Of a DNA stretch of 64,000 bases, positions 1 to 9,925 are shown piece by piece. Positions within the stretch are counted from its first letter, which is position 1. Each line of letters begins with the position of its first letter. The translations under genes and the position numbers were made by a program. The DNA comes from an uncultured Methanosarcinales archaeon. Its GTDB lineage: Archaea; Nanobdellota; Nanobdellia; Woesearchaeales; CAYVYK01. The DNA lies in assembly GCA_964455675.1 (NCBI GenBank), contig CAYVYK010000010.1, positions 1 to 64,000 on the forward strand. Reading direction: 5' to 3'. The notes under the pieces are model-generated. The model worked only from the letters and a program-made list of their open reading frames with translations. It did no database searches and had not been told where the DNA came from.

Positions 1-546
1 AAACAAATCCCAATCCCCGTCGTTATCATAATCGCCCATCGCCATGCTGGAATAGTACAATCCAGTCAGCGTCTGGTTTAGTGTTAGCGTAACATTCGCC
101 CGTTCAAGAGTGATATCATCAGTGAGAGTTAATGATTCAATTCCCTGGTTTCCTCCATCACATCGAACAGTGAATTCCTCGGTACCGAGGATTCTGAACT
201 GCCGTGAGTAGTTGTAAATGAATGTTGGACTCGTGATGTAGTCCATCACGATAGGATTACCGTCGTCAAAATCAATTGTGCAATTCACGTCCGTCCCATT
301 GACTGAAATGTTTGTGGCAAGCAGTGTGAAATTCGCATAGAAGTTGATCGTAGTATTGAGTAAGAACGTGTCATTGCTGCCATCATCATTCTCCCACCAA
401 ATACGCAAATGAGTTTCAGTTCCTTCCGTCTCAGACATGATTCGGAATATGCTTAAGCCAGTCAAATCTGATCCCTGCTGAATTACTGTGAGAAGTCCAA
501 ATCCAAGGACGATTCCAAGGATGAAGATCATGGGCAGGGGTTTCAT
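1..546 (-). CDS. Secreted FG-GAP/VCBS repeat protein, 5' part (runs off window start)
   Basis: Manual translation from ATG 546: MKPLPMIFILGIVLGFGLL (hydrophobic leader)...SSMAMGDYDNDGDWDLF (FG-GAP/VCBS motif); several NxT sequons; ATGA overlap with the upstream gene; not in ORF track. Confidence 0.8.
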   Translation of the reverse strand, partial: MKPLPMIFILGIVLGFGLLTVIQQGSDLTGLSIFRIMSETEGTETHLRIWWENDDGSNDTFLLNTTINFYANFTLLATNISVNGTDVNCTIDFDDGNPIVMDYITSPTFIYNYSRQFRILGTEEFTVRCDGGNQGIESLTLTDDITLERANVTLTLNQTLTGLYYSSMAMGDYDNDGDWDLF

Positions 547-1085
547 TGTTCCACCTTGAACGGCAGATATCGTCCGTGTAATGCCCGTCCTTGTGCGAGT
601 TGGTTCGCGAATCGACCATTCCGTAATTCAATCGTGAGCTGAGCACGGCTAAAGAGCAGAATTCGCAATCGCCGTCCAAGTGATTTCTGATACGATTCCA
701 GTTGGGGTGTGGTCCGATCTTCTGTGAGAACCATGATCTCAATGGGTGTCTCGCGAGTATCATTCCCTTCAGCATAATCCCCAAAGAGCATGATGAGCGG
801 CGGAGAGTAATGATTTCGCAGAGCATCCACGAGACCGGAGGTTATGACACTTCGAATGTTGTGGTACCTTTTTGACTCATGAAAAAGCGGATTAGCTACA
901 TTCGCTCGATACCGATGGAGAACTCCGGCTTCTACGAGCGTCAGAAGACCCTCCTTGGCAAGGTCCTGGAGGTATTTACGAGCCGTCATCGGATTCAGTT
1001 TGAGGATCCGTGCAACCTCTCGAATATGGAAATCCTTCTCAGGATTAGAGAAAAAGGGCTGCAAGACGTATAAATTATCATACAT
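543..1085 (-). CDS. wHTH + minimal nucleotidyltransferase-like domain protein
   Basis: HTH 'FHIREVARILKLNPMTARKYLQDLAKEGLL'; MNT-like 'IMLFGDYAEG...PIEIMV' with degenerate GS/DxD. Confidence 0.75.
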   Translation of the reverse strand: MYDNLYVLQPFFSNPEKDFHIREVARILKLNPMTARKYLQDLAKEGLLTLVEAGVLHRYRANVANPLFHESKRYHNIRSVITSGLVDALRNHYSPPLIMLFGDYAEGNDTRETPIEIMVLTEDRTTPQLESYQKSLGRRLRILLFSRAQLTIELRNGRFANQLAQGRALHGRYLPFKVEQ

Positions 1086-1218
1086 TAGTATACTTTATTA
1101 TACAGCTCTATATAAACTTAATCCCCCTATCATCAAGAGGAGTACCTACGATTTTCACCACCCACAAGTTAGGAAAACCACAAAATATAAATAGGAGGAA
1201 GATGCATAATGAAATAGA

Positions 1219-1574
1219 ATGGGGCTTGATGGCATCATTCGGATGGGTAGAACTCTCGGATTCGCAGGACTAGTAGCTATTGCTGCTGCAAGCCCGCAAG
1301 ATACTTCTTCAAAAGCAAAAGAGGTGCCAGTAACGGCAGTTACTCAAGCAACTAGTTCATCTGGTGATGAGGACGGACCACGTGATGGTGATCCGGTATA
1401 CTGGCCGTGTGATGAAANNNNNNNNNNNNNNNNNNNNNNNNNNNNNNNNNNNNNNNNNNNNNNNNNNNNNNNNNNNNNNNNNNNNNNNNNNNNNNNNNNN
1501 NNNNNNNNNNNNNNNNNGACGGCGACGTCGACCTCGCCGACTTCGCCACGTTCCAGACACAGTATCAGCCGTAA
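1219..1574 (+). CDS. Secreted protein with C-terminal dockerin/EF-hand-like motif (spans assembly gap)
   Basis: Signal-like N-terminus; after the gap, frame from 1518 reads DGDVDLADFATFQTQYQP*; linkage across the gap is assumed. Confidence 0.6.
1418..1517. other. Assembly gap (100 N)
   Basis: Run of n. Confidence 1.
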
Positions 1575-1593
1575 TTCTGACATGATTTCTTGA

Positions 1594-1935
1594 CTACCGT
1601 TCGCGATAATCCCCAGGCATCGGTAAATACCTCACGTGCCGTTCTTGAAGTACGCGGTACTCAAGTTGTTTACGCCGTCTTCGCTGTCTTCTTGCAATCA
1701 TCGCTACCATCGCTTCATGGGCATCACGTTGATCTTCGCGTGAGTAGTGCTTGTCGTTGTTTGCCCAAAGGTTTCTCCAGGATGGATCTTTGCCGTACTG
1801 CCGTACTCCTCGCTCGGAAATATTGTACAGTTCGCGCACTGCTCGGTCGCTTCTTTCCTCGGCAAGCATTTGGATATACATCCACCGATACTCGGGGTCG
1901 CACGTCCGAACGAGCCGTATCAGGTCTGGTTGCAT
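1594..1935 (-). CDS. Hypothetical protein, paralog of 1937-2320
   Basis: ATG 1935 directly after the upstream stop; DLIRLVRTCDPEYR aligns with DLITMVRTCRPEER. Confidence 0.7.
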   Translation of the reverse strand: MQPDLIRLVRTCDPEYRWMYIQMLAEERSDRAVRELYNISERGVRQYGKDPSWRNLWANNDKHYSREDQRDAHEAMVAMIARRQRRRRKQLEYRVLQERHVRYLPMPGDYRER

Positions 1936-1936
1936 G

Positions 1937-2320
1937 CTATTCAACCGGTCTTCGTCGCGAGTATCCGTCCAGCCGTAACCAGCGCGGGTCTGCCGGTTCT
2001 TCGTCCGGCTGAATGCCAAACATTTGCTTGACTTCGGATGGTATTTGGCGTCCGTTGTATTTCATGTCATGTAAGATGGCATTACGTATCCGGAGCACTT
2101 CGATGAACTGTCCTGCAAACTCCGCCTCTTCTGGCGTGTACCGAACAGCACGCCGTTGCGAAGTGCCAGGTACGCGTTCGTATACTCGCACATCCTGGTA
2201 ATAGGCTGCCTCGAGTTCTCGAAAGCCTTCCTGTGTCTTCGTTACCGCTAATCCTTCCATATAATCAATTCTTTCCTCCGGACGGCACGTCCGGACCATG
2301 GTTATTAAGTCGTTTGCCAT
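1937..2320 (-). CDS. Hypothetical protein, paralog of 1594-1935
   Basis: 127-aa ORF sharing motifs with its neighbour. Confidence 0.7.
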   Translation of the reverse strand: MANDLITMVRTCRPEERIDYMEGLAVTKTQEGFRELEAAYYQDVRVYERVPGTSQRRAVRYTPEEAEFAGQFIEVLRIRNAILHDMKYNGRQIPSEVKQMFGIQPDEEPADPRWLRLDGYSRRRPVE

Positions 2321-2415
2321 GAATTATTGAAGACATCGCAGAATAATATGTGTTCATGCGGTTTTTTCGGAAGATTTCCGGAACGTTTTAGAAGTATTGG
2401 TGATTCCAGGGTACA

Positions 2416-3138
2416 ATGCCTTCCGTGATACTCTCAGATTTTGACTGCACACTCGCCCATAAGCTTCGGGATGGGGATCAGCGTTCGGTGGGTGATTACT
2501 TTGTTGACGAGCGTGCCATTTCCTTGATTTCCAAGTGGCGTGGTTCCGGTCGGTTCATGATCGCCTCGGGGAGAAGATCGCAGTTTGCCCGCTCTTTAGA
2601 GGGTTTTCCGTGCGACGCGGCGCTTCTTGAGCATGGGTGCGTGATTATGCGTAATGGCGTGCTCGACAGGGAATGGGATGATCGGATGCAGTCCTATAAG
2701 GATGACCTTACAAGTTTTGAGGACTACCTGCGGTCGCTTGGTTATCATGTTGATGTCAGGCATGCAACGATGAGGGTGTACAAGGACACTTGGAACTTAG
2801 ACGAGCCGGAGAAGCAGTATCTTGAAAGTCTTCAGAGACCCGATGGTATCATGTTCATCCGAAACCGCGAGATGCTTGATATCATCCCAAAGGATGGTGG
2901 CAAGGAGAACGCTGCAAGCTACATGCTCGGGAATCTGGGTGTTGGCTGGAATGCTGTTGCTGCCATGGGCGACGATCTCAATGATCTTGGAATGCTAAGG
3001 AATGCCGCTCGGTCAGCGACTCTTCAGGGCGCGCACCCAGAGATAGTGAGGTACGTCAGCGCGAGCGGCGGTTACGTCTCTCCGCACGCGCTCCATCGCG
3101 GGACGGTGGATGTTCTGGAACATCTCGTGCTTCAATAA
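2416..3138 (+). CDS. HAD-superfamily IIB (Cof-like) phosphatase
   Basis: SDFDCTL, ASGR, GDDLNDLGM motifs. Confidence 0.9.
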   Translation: MPSVILSDFDCTLAHKLRDGDQRSVGDYFVDERAISLISKWRGSGRFMIASGRRSQFARSLEGFPCDAALLEHGCVIMRNGVLDREWDDRMQSYKDDLTSFEDYLRSLGYHVDVRHATMRVYKDTWNLDEPEKQYLESLQRPDGIMFIRNREMLDIIPKDGGKENAASYMLGNLGVGWNAVAAMGDDLNDLGMLRNAARSATLQGAHPEIVRYVSASGGYVSPHALHRGTVDVLEHLVLQ

Positions 3139-3700
3139 TGGTATGCGCAAGTTTCTCCTGTGGTTGGATATGGGTGGCGTACTGCTCGTCGCGAAGTGTC
3201 ATCCTCAAAAGGACTTCTTCACGGCTCCGTCCTCGCTTGCTGACATCGCGCATTAAGCATCGCTCGACGCGCTCCGCGCGCGGACACTGTACCAAGAAAA
3301 GCACGTCAAATTCATGAACGAGATTCTTCATGAACACAGCCATTCCCTCGACGATGGTGATCATGCACGGCGTGTATTTCGAGCGGAGGATGTTTCCTTC
3401 GTGGTTCTCGGGGTTGAGGGGTATCGCGAATGGCTCTCCTTTTCGGATCAGTGCAAGATGCTCGTGAATGAGTGCCATGTTCATGGATTTTGGATGCGCT
3501 GCAGTGTGTCCTTTCTTCTTCCGCTCTTCTGCAGGATAGAGATACCCGTCCGTGCTGATGACGAGGCTGTCCGTGAATTTGTCGTGAAGATAGAGTGCGA
3601 GTGATGTCTTTCCTGATGCGGTATCACCACCAATACCGATGAGTATTCTGTTCCCGCGGAGTTTTTCTCTTACTGCATCCACAGCGTCTTGTATGCTCAT
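3056..3700 (-). CDS. Uridine kinase-like P-loop kinase
   Basis: IGIGGDTASGKTS, STDGY, IVEG, RDVSKRGRS. Confidence 0.8.
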   Translation of the reverse strand: MSIQDAVDAVREKLRGNRILIGIGGDTASGKTSLALYLHDKFTDSLVISTDGYLYPAEERKKKGHTAAHPKSMNMALIHEHLALIRKGEPFAIPLNPENHEGNILRSKYTPCMITIVEGMAVFMKNLVHEFDVLFLVQCPRAERVERCLMRDVSKRGRSREEVLLRMTLRDEQYATHIQPQEKLAHTIIEARDVPEHPPSRDGARAERRNRRSR

Positions 3701-4251
3701 GGTTGATCTACTGTCTTCGTTGAGGCACGTACATTGCCTGGTTTTTTCCCTCGATCAAGGTATGGCTTTTGTGTCTTCGAAAAAACGGATTTTGGCATTC
3801 CATGCCGTATCCTCTCGGACAGCACGAGGTTGCTTTCCACTTCTCGGATGCCTTGCATCTGGTTGAGGTCGAGCAGGAATTGGTTGAGCTGCTCCTGACT
3901 CTCTGCCCGAAGCCGTACGAGGAGGTTGTAAGGGCCGTTCAAAACGGAAGCATGCGTCACGTACGGGTACTTTGTTGAGATTTCTTCAACGATATTCTCG
4001 TAGGTCTTCTTCATCCGCCGCAATTCCTTGAGGTCGATCTTGATGAACACATAATTCGTGATCTCAAGTCCGATTCTTTTGTAGTCCACGCGAGCGCTGT
4101 ACTCATAGATGATGTTTCGCTCTTCCATCTTCTTGATGCGGAAGTCGATCGTCGCTGGTGGAATGCCTGTCTTCTTGGATATCTCGCGCAGTGAAAGCCT
4201 GCAGTCCTTCTGGATGACTTCCAGGATGGTTAAATCCACGTTATCAAGCAT
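3697..4251 (-). CDS. Lrp/AsnC family transcriptional regulator
   Basis: LDNVDLTILEVIQKDCRLSLREISKKTG HTH plus GPYNLL ligand-binding domain. Confidence 0.9.
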   Translation of the reverse strand: MLDNVDLTILEVIQKDCRLSLREISKKTGIPPATIDFRIKKMEERNIIYEYSARVDYKRIGLEITNYVFIKIDLKELRRMKKTYENIVEEISTKYPYVTHASVLNGPYNLLVRLRAESQEQLNQFLLDLNQMQGIREVESNLVLSERIRHGMPKSVFSKTQKPYLDRGKKPGNVRASTKTVDQP

Positions 4252-4386
4252 ATATTGTTCATTTGTACAATATAGTATTTAAGGGTACCGGAATATTTGG
4301 CTGTTCAACCAAGTTTTCTTGAGTAAATTATTTATAGAAGTATTACACTACTATATAGTGACAAAATCAGTTGTTGGGGTGATACT

Positions 4387-4911
4387 ATGTTCAGAAAAAT
4401 GTATGATTGGGCCAAGTGGCGATGGAAGACCAGGCGCGACCGTTATCATGACGCACGCATCGATCGAAGTCAGAGAGGAAAGCAGGTTATTGTTTTCGAT
4501 CCTGATTACCGGAGAGAATACACTGTTGAGTACACACCGAATACGGACTTGACTCATGTGATTGGAAGCCTTGCGCGGATGATGTGCCATGAATACTCAT
4601 ATGTGTGGTCACCACGTGTCATTGGGCACTGTGTAGAGGCAATCGCTTCCGAGGAGAATCTGAGTCCAGCGTGTAGGCAATCCCTTGAGAGTGTGGTGAG
4701 AAATTTGGATGCAGATCATTACTTGCATAGCCCCAAGGTCAGTGCGCAGAGAGGAAGACAGTACGGACAGCAAATACTCACAGAGTACCTTGAGCAATAC
4801 CCGGTGAGGAGTTACACTGCAGCCAATCCTCATATTGAAATTAAGCCAAAGAAGCGCACTCCAAATCTATGCGCGCGATGCAGACGTGAAATCGAAGGTG
4901 ATGCAAAGTGA
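4387..4911 (+). CDS. Hypothetical protein
   Basis: 174-aa ORF with GGGGTGA RBS-like sequence. Confidence 0.6.
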   Translation: MFRKMYDWAKWRWKTRRDRYHDARIDRSQRGKQVIVFDPDYRREYTVEYTPNTDLTHVIGSLARMMCHEYSYVWSPRVIGHCVEAIASEENLSPACRQSLESVVRNLDADHYLHSPKVSAQRGRQYGQQILTEYLEQYPVRSYTAANPHIEIKPKKRTPNLCARCRREIEGDAK

Positions 4912-4983
4912 AAGTCATCTGTTTTGCAGTGAAATTCATCCATCTTGGCCACGACGTGAACAACCCATGTTACACAAAGATGA

Positions 4984-6411
4984 TCACGCAGGAGAAGTGG
5001 GAGAACCTTTAGCGATCCACTCCCAGTACCCGATCTCGTATCTATTCGGGAGCACGAGTGCTGGGAGCGCGATTTTTTCCAAGGTTCGCGTTCGCTTGTC
5101 CGGATCAATGTCGAGAAGTCCTGCCACCGTCTCAGCGAGTGGCAATTCTGCGTCGAATGTGTGAATGTCTCCATACGCAAAGTCGCGAGCAAGCGTCTCT
5201 CGCACGTATTGATTCCATTCCGAGCGTTGTGTCATCCTGAGTGGTGGAACAAGGGGCCCAACGTCAGGTTCGATTGCGTGATCCCAGAGCTGCTCGTCCT
5301 GAAGACCGAATGCTTCCGCTCTGTCTTTGAGTCCTCCTTCTGTCGGTTGTACTCGCGAGTGTGCTCGCGAGTGTTTGTTCCTCTGTCCGAGGCAGAATGG
5401 ATCGTACGATCCCGCCCCCATGGCGTCGGGTATGCTCCGTTCCGCCGCGCGTTCGTGGTAGTGGTGCAGTGTGAAGAGCTCAAACAGCACGGCTCCTAGC
5501 CCCCATGCATCATAGCCTTCGTGAATGACGCCCAAAAATCGTTCTGGTGCTGAGTACATTCTGTTTCCGGTGACCACAGGTTCGCGCTGGCAGAGTCCGT
5601 AGTCGATGAGGTGTGCCTTGTTTGTCCCGGCGTTGCACACAAAATTTTGCGGTTTGATGTCCGCGTGAGTAAACCCGGCGTCCAGAAGGTAGTGTACAAC
5701 GCTGATCATCTGGTAAGTAATGCTCCTAATAAGGTTCTCATAGTCAATACCCGCATGGTAGAACGCGTTTGGTCGCATGATTCCTCCATCGTATGTAATG
5801 ACAGTTCCGTACTGCCCTCCTCGCGCTTGACCTCGGATGTCGCGCAGGTGGTTGATCAGCATGCTAAGGTCCATCACTGGTGTTTCCCAGTGGTGCAAGG
5901 TAGGTGGCAACCGTGATAGATTTACTCTCTTCGTCGGAGTGGTGTACGCGTCAAGTGTGCCGCTGTCAAAGAGCGATGTCGTCATGATCATCGTGCTTCC
6001 TTGCTCATTCATAGGGTATCCTTCTTCATGGAATGCGTCCATGCGTTTAGGGATGCAAGGATGGCGAAGCTCTCCAAGTTTTCCCCATTCGTTCGCGATC
6101 CGTTCTTGAAGCGTGAAGGATGCAGTTACCTCGGCGTGTGAAGTACTCGTCGGGCTTCCCTGGTGTCGTAGCTTGTCCATCCTCTTGAGCACGAAAATCC
6201 TTCCAGGAAAGAATGATCCTCCGTCGTAGAGGTGTCCGATAATGGATTCCTTTGCCTCGTCTCGCGCCGATGCAGAAACCGATATATCGTCTGCATGAAA
6301 ACAGAACAGGATGTCGCTCTGGTCAGTAAGCTGTGTCTCCCGTAAGTATACTGCTGTGTACTCCCCTTCCGAAATGTTTAGACCTTCCGGCCTCTGCGAC
6401 CAGTATGACAT
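4984..6411 (-). CDS. Hanks-type Ser/Thr protein kinase
   Basis: HADIKPQN, DYG, GNRMYSAPE, DAWGLG, LLDIDPDKR. Confidence 0.9.
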   Translation of the reverse strand: MSYWSQRPEGLNISEGEYTAVYLRETQLTDQSDILFCFHADDISVSASARDEAKESIIGHLYDGGSFFPGRIFVLKRMDKLRHQGSPTSTSHAEVTASFTLQERIANEWGKLGELRHPCIPKRMDAFHEEGYPMNEQGSTMIMTTSLFDSGTLDAYTTPTKRVNLSRLPPTLHHWETPVMDLSMLINHLRDIRGQARGGQYGTVITYDGGIMRPNAFYHAGIDYENLIRSITYQMISVVHYLLDAGFTHADIKPQNFVCNAGTNKAHLIDYGLCQREPVVTGNRMYSAPERFLGVIHEGYDAWGLGAVLFELFTLHHYHERAAERSIPDAMGAGSYDPFCLGQRNKHSRAHSRVQPTEGGLKDRAEAFGLQDEQLWDHAIEPDVGPLVPPLRMTQRSEWNQYVRETLARDFAYGDIHTFDAELPLAETVAGLLDIDPDKRTRTLEKIALPALVLPNRYEIGYWEWIAKGSPTSPA

Positions 6412-6526
6412 ATCTTCCGTGAATCATCTTGACCATAAAAATCCATCCAGTTGGCTGAAGCGGCGAAATGGCCGATGTTCTTTGGAGAGCCCCGAGGAGA
6501 TACTAAACAGAATTCTTCATAATAGC

Positions 6527-6693
6527 GGGGAATACTGGACACCCACCGTTCAGATAGACGGATGGTTCCCCAGCCCCTTGTGGAATTGCGCGCGTGATAG
6601 CTTAGGAGCTTGTTCTGAACAGAGTGACCGTGGTTGCCCTGTTCCATGACCAAATTATGCAAGGAACAGGGCGTGCCGTCAGGCCGTAATAAG
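6527..6693 (+). repeat. Dispersed structured element, copy A (37-nt core hairpin 6636-6672)
   Basis: GGGGAATACTG...GGTTCCCC..TGTGGAA...GCCCTGTTCC-N17-GGAACAGGGC-GTGCCGTCAGGCCGTAATAA; outer boundaries approximate. Confidence 0.9.
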
Positions 6694-6821
6694 TTTTGTA
6701 GTGTTTATCCTTTTCCATGGAAAGGTCGTACTCTTAGGCCACAACAGTATGTTTAGGAAGGTCTTTGTCATCAATCCACCATCCAAAAGGTTTTTAAAAC
6801 CCCGCCCACCTGTAAAGATAT

Positions 6822-7034
6822 ATGCCAAAGACGAGCAAGGAGCACGACATTGGATACAACAAGGGAGCGCTTGACGTTCTCGCAAAGGAACGTGAGGAAC
6901 TCATCAGGATTGTCTCTATCGTCGAGCAGATCATGGCGATGCATACCCAGAAACTTCAGGATCTTGGCGTTGAGATGGGCGGCCAGTGGGCGAAGCCCAA
7001 GGGTACGGACAAGCCCATTGATGATCTCATATGA
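6822..7034 (+). CDS. Small hypothetical protein
   Basis: 70-aa ORF, ATGA-coupled to DUF371. Confidence 0.7.
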   Translation: MPKTSKEHDIGYNKGALDVLAKEREELIRIVSIVEQIMAMHTQKLQDLGVEMGGQWAKPKGTDKPIDDLI

Positions 7035-7432
7035 GATACTCATTCTTCGCGTATGGTCATGAGAACATTCGAGCAACGCATAAGAATACGCTAGAGTTCA
7101 CAAAGGAAAAGGACCTCTCGCCATCGGGCGACTGTATTTGCGGTGTGCGGTCCACATTCGATCCGATGAAAGCAAGGCCGCTGCTCAAGTGCCAGCTACT
7201 GCATGTTACAATCAGCTTTTCACATCACGTTCTGTCATTTACTGCTATTCCAAATCCTTCGTTTTCCGCTGACGAAATGGTGTTCCGAAGGGGCGACTTT
7301 CTGTCGGACAGGACAATTGGTACGCGCGCGACGAAGGCGTGCAATGATATTCCGAGGGACTTGGTTCCCATCCTTCGCGATCCAAAGACAAAGATTGAGG
7401 TCAGTATCGATGAAGCGCCTATCCAAGAGTGA
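7031..7432 (+). CDS. DUF371 family protein
   Basis: GHENIRATHKNTLEFTKE..LSPSGDCI. Confidence 0.9.
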   Translation: MRYSFFAYGHENIRATHKNTLEFTKEKDLSPSGDCICGVRSTFDPMKARPLLKCQLLHVTISFSHHVLSFTAIPNPSFSADEMVFRRGDFLSDRTIGTRATKACNDIPRDLVPILRDPKTKIEVSIDEAPIQE

Positions 7433-7841
7433 GATTAAGGACTTGAACGTAACTTTGGAAAGTTTTGGTCTCGTATTTGACAGAAAGGACATTCTCGAGG
7501 AGTCCGATCGGTTCATCCGTAAAGACGGCAAGGCTGTTCTATTTTTTCATGAGGGCAGGTGGCTTCCTTCGCTTCACGCAATTGCATCACTAAAATCCGT
7601 GAGGATTGATAAGGGTGCGATTCCGTTCATGCTCAAAGGCGCTGATGTCATGCGTCCGGGTATTACGTCGTGGGATGAGAGTATCAAGGAAGGTGACCTC
7701 ATCGCAATTCAGGATGAGGCGCATCGTAAATCTGTCGCGCTTGGTATTGCGCTCATGGGTTCAGAAGACCTGGCTGTGCAGAAGGTAGGGAAAGCCGTGA
7801 AGAATATTCATTTTGTAGGCGACGAGATCTGGAACGCTTAG
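7410..7841 (+). CDS. PUA-domain RNA-binding protein
   Basis: IDKGAIPFMLKGADVMRPGI...HFVGDEIW; start moved to ATG 7410. Confidence 0.9.
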   Translation: MKRLSKSEIKDLNVTLESFGLVFDRKDILEESDRFIRKDGKAVLFFHEGRWLPSLHAIASLKSVRIDKGAIPFMLKGADVMRPGITSWDESIKEGDLIAIQDEAHRKSVALGIALMGSEDLAVQKVGKAVKNIHFVGDEIWNA

Positions 7842-9304
7842 CCTTCGTGCAGAAGAGTGACGTTATTCGAGCGGCTTTTTCGCGGTATGCCTGACGATGT
7901 CTTGAATCTGACGAGTGCAGATGGCAGAAGGTAGCTTCCAACGATCGGCAGTTTGGAGCGTACCTTGTAGACCACGACGCGTTCATCTCCACCTTCGAGT
8001 GGGTCGATTGACCACTTGATGATCGTGCCCTTATGCTCATGGGAGAGTACTTTTTCGGGCGATTGTGTTCCTAGCTGTTCCTCCCTGATGACTGTTGCGA
8101 TGTTAGACACGCGGTCAATGAGCGCGATTTCACCGACTCGTCCTCTGCTTCTGTTACGGACGTTCAGCACTATCTTGATCTCCGATATGCCGCCATGCGC
8201 ATGCTGCAGGACTCGTGCGCTCTTGCGAACGACAACGGGGCTGCGAAACACAAGGTAGAGGAGATAGATGACAACGATGAGAATGATGAGGAATGCGAGC
8301 GGCCGGTAGCTCGTGCTGTAGGTGATTGTCTGTGTCTCGCCGACGTCGAGTCTCACATCCCATTTCCACTGTCTCTCTCGGTTGACTTCGGCGACGGATG
8401 GGTCAGGGATTGCTGTTGAGAATTTTCCCTTAATGCCTGACATGGGAACGAAGTAGCTTTCCACGCGCGGAGAATTTCCTTTGTTGATGAATGTGATGGT
8501 CGTTGTGCTCCACATGAATCCGCTGCTTTTCTCTTCGCGCTTTTCAACATCCTGGTATGGCACGATTTGATACGTAAGTGGCTCTGTCTTGAATGAGTAT
8601 ACGTTGTCTTCCGTCGTGATGAAGATGTCGATAACAACATGGTCCACTGCGGGTTCTTGCTGCCGATCAGGGAACTCGAATTTCATCTCGAGAGTTTTTT
8701 CCGAACCAAGTTCTCCTCGAGGCTCAAGATTCGTGCTGTATTCTCGCGTGAAGAAGTCGCTTGTCACAACGACCTTGACGAGTGGCAGCGCACGCCTATT
8801 GAGGTTTTCGAGTTTGAGGTCAATTTCAAGTGGGGATCTTGGGTCAACACGGTCATTCTTGAGAACGGCGTTGTACCTGATCTCTGGTGTGTAAGGTAGA
8901 TTGGGAATTTCGACCGGAAGGACATCAACGTACAAGTCTTTCTTGATGGTTTCTCCTGTCGTGAGTGATTTTACGAAGAGTGAGACTGCGCGTGCGCCAA
9001 AGGGCATGGTTGCGCTCGGCCGCAGTGTGAGTTCGATTTCGCTTTTTTGCAGGGGTGAAAGTGAGAGTGGATTCGCATTGGTTGGTTTGATGTCGACTCC
9101 CCATTCCACATCGAGGAATGAGATGAGATAGGAGTCGGAGATTGTCCCGCGGTTGTATACCATTGCTTTGTAGACTGCGCTTTCATTGCGCATGATCCTG
9201 CTTTTGATGGGTAGGACATCCACATCAAACATCGCTGCCGCAAGAACACTGCTCGGAAGGAGTAATGCCAAAAATACGATGATAGATACTCGCCCAAAGC
9301 CCAT
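7838..9304 (-). CDS. Secreted/membrane protein with Ig-like domains (COG1470-like)
   Basis: Signal peptide, beta-rich domains, TM segment near C-terminus. Confidence 0.7.
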   Translation of the reverse strand: MGFGRVSIIVFLALLLPSSVLAAAMFDVDVLPIKSRIMRNESAVYKAMVYNRGTISDSYLISFLDVEWGVDIKPTNANPLSLSPLQKSEIELTLRPSATMPFGARAVSLFVKSLTTGETIKKDLYVDVLPVEIPNLPYTPEIRYNAVLKNDRVDPRSPLEIDLKLENLNRRALPLVKVVVTSDFFTREYSTNLEPRGELGSEKTLEMKFEFPDRQQEPAVDHVVIDIFITTEDNVYSFKTEPLTYQIVPYQDVEKREEKSSGFMWSTTTITFINKGNSPRVESYFVPMSGIKGKFSTAIPDPSVAEVNRERQWKWDVRLDVGETQTITYSTSYRPLAFLIILIVVIYLLYLVFRSPVVVRKSARVLQHAHGGISEIKIVLNVRNRSRGRVGEIALIDRVSNIATVIREEQLGTQSPEKVLSHEHKGTIIKWSIDPLEGGDERVVVYKVRSKLPIVGSYLLPSALVRFKTSSGIPRKSRSNNVTLLHEG

Positions 9305-9377
9305 GTGTTGCGCCCTCCAGTATATAATACTACACAATCCTATCCTAGTTTCCTGATATATAAACTTTTCTAAAGGG

Positions 9378-9539
9378 CTATTTCGGAATCCTTGGGAGCA
9401 CGAGGAACGCAATAAGGGCTACGGCAATGATGACTCCCCAGAAGATCTTCCAGTCAAGCTTGACAAATGAGAATAGTGCAAGGTTTGCTAGTAGGATCAG
9501 GATGAGGATTGCACCTAAGATTTGAATGGTTTTGACCAT
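9378..9539 (-). CDS. Small 2-TM membrane protein (53 aa)
   Basis: Manual translation MVKTIQILGAILILILLANLALFSFVKLDWKIFWGVIIAVALIAFLVLPRIPK*. Confidence 0.7.
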   Translation of the reverse strand: MVKTIQILGAILILILLANLALFSFVKLDWKIFWGVIIAVALIAFLVLPRIPK

Positions 9540-9588
9540 GAGCCATTAACATGGAGTTTGGCTAATAAACTTTACCAATTTCTCCAAT

Positions 9589-9780
9589 GGGAGGAATACT
9601 GCCCGAATACCGAACTCGTGAAGTGGTTCCCCCACTGTGGAACCGTCCGTGAACTTGATTATTGGTTGTGCGCATTCAAATAGCAATCGCCCTGTTCCGT
9701 GACCGAAGGCAGCAAGGAACAGGGCGTGCCGTCAGGCCGCAATAATGAGTTTTGAGTGTCATGAATTGTACCGCTCATCG
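9589..9780 (+). repeat. Dispersed structured element, copy B (core hairpin 9689-9725)
   Basis: GGAATACTG, GGTTCC..TGTGGAACC, GCCCTGTTCC-N17-GGAACAGGGC, GTGCCGTCAGGCCGCAATAAT, TGTACCGCTC tail. Confidence 0.9.
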
Positions 9781-9820
9781 TCAGCCCGCAATACACCTAT
9801 TCCGACAACAGCATCCTTTA

Positions 9821-9843
9821 AACAGGGCCGAAGGCTCGCAATA
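9821..9843 (+). repeat. Partial copy of structured element (B')
   Basis: AACAGGGCCGAAGGCTCGCAATA. Confidence 0.65.
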
Positions 9844-9925
9844 GTGCTTCATTATGAACGAAGGTTCTGCGAACAAAGCTCACAAAAAAGTATGATGTGT
9901 TTCCGATCAGTGCTCTTGTGAGTAT

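Noticed and set aside
3056..3138. 83-nt convergent overlap of the HAD and uridine kinase genes
   Set aside because: The kinase tail looks like simple stop-codon drift, which is common in compact genomes.
6527..6693. Element as integron attC site, tRNA or hammerhead ribozyme
   Set aside because: No consistent RYYYAAC/GTTRRRY ends, no cloverleaf or T-loop, and no CUGANGA+GAAA core seen.
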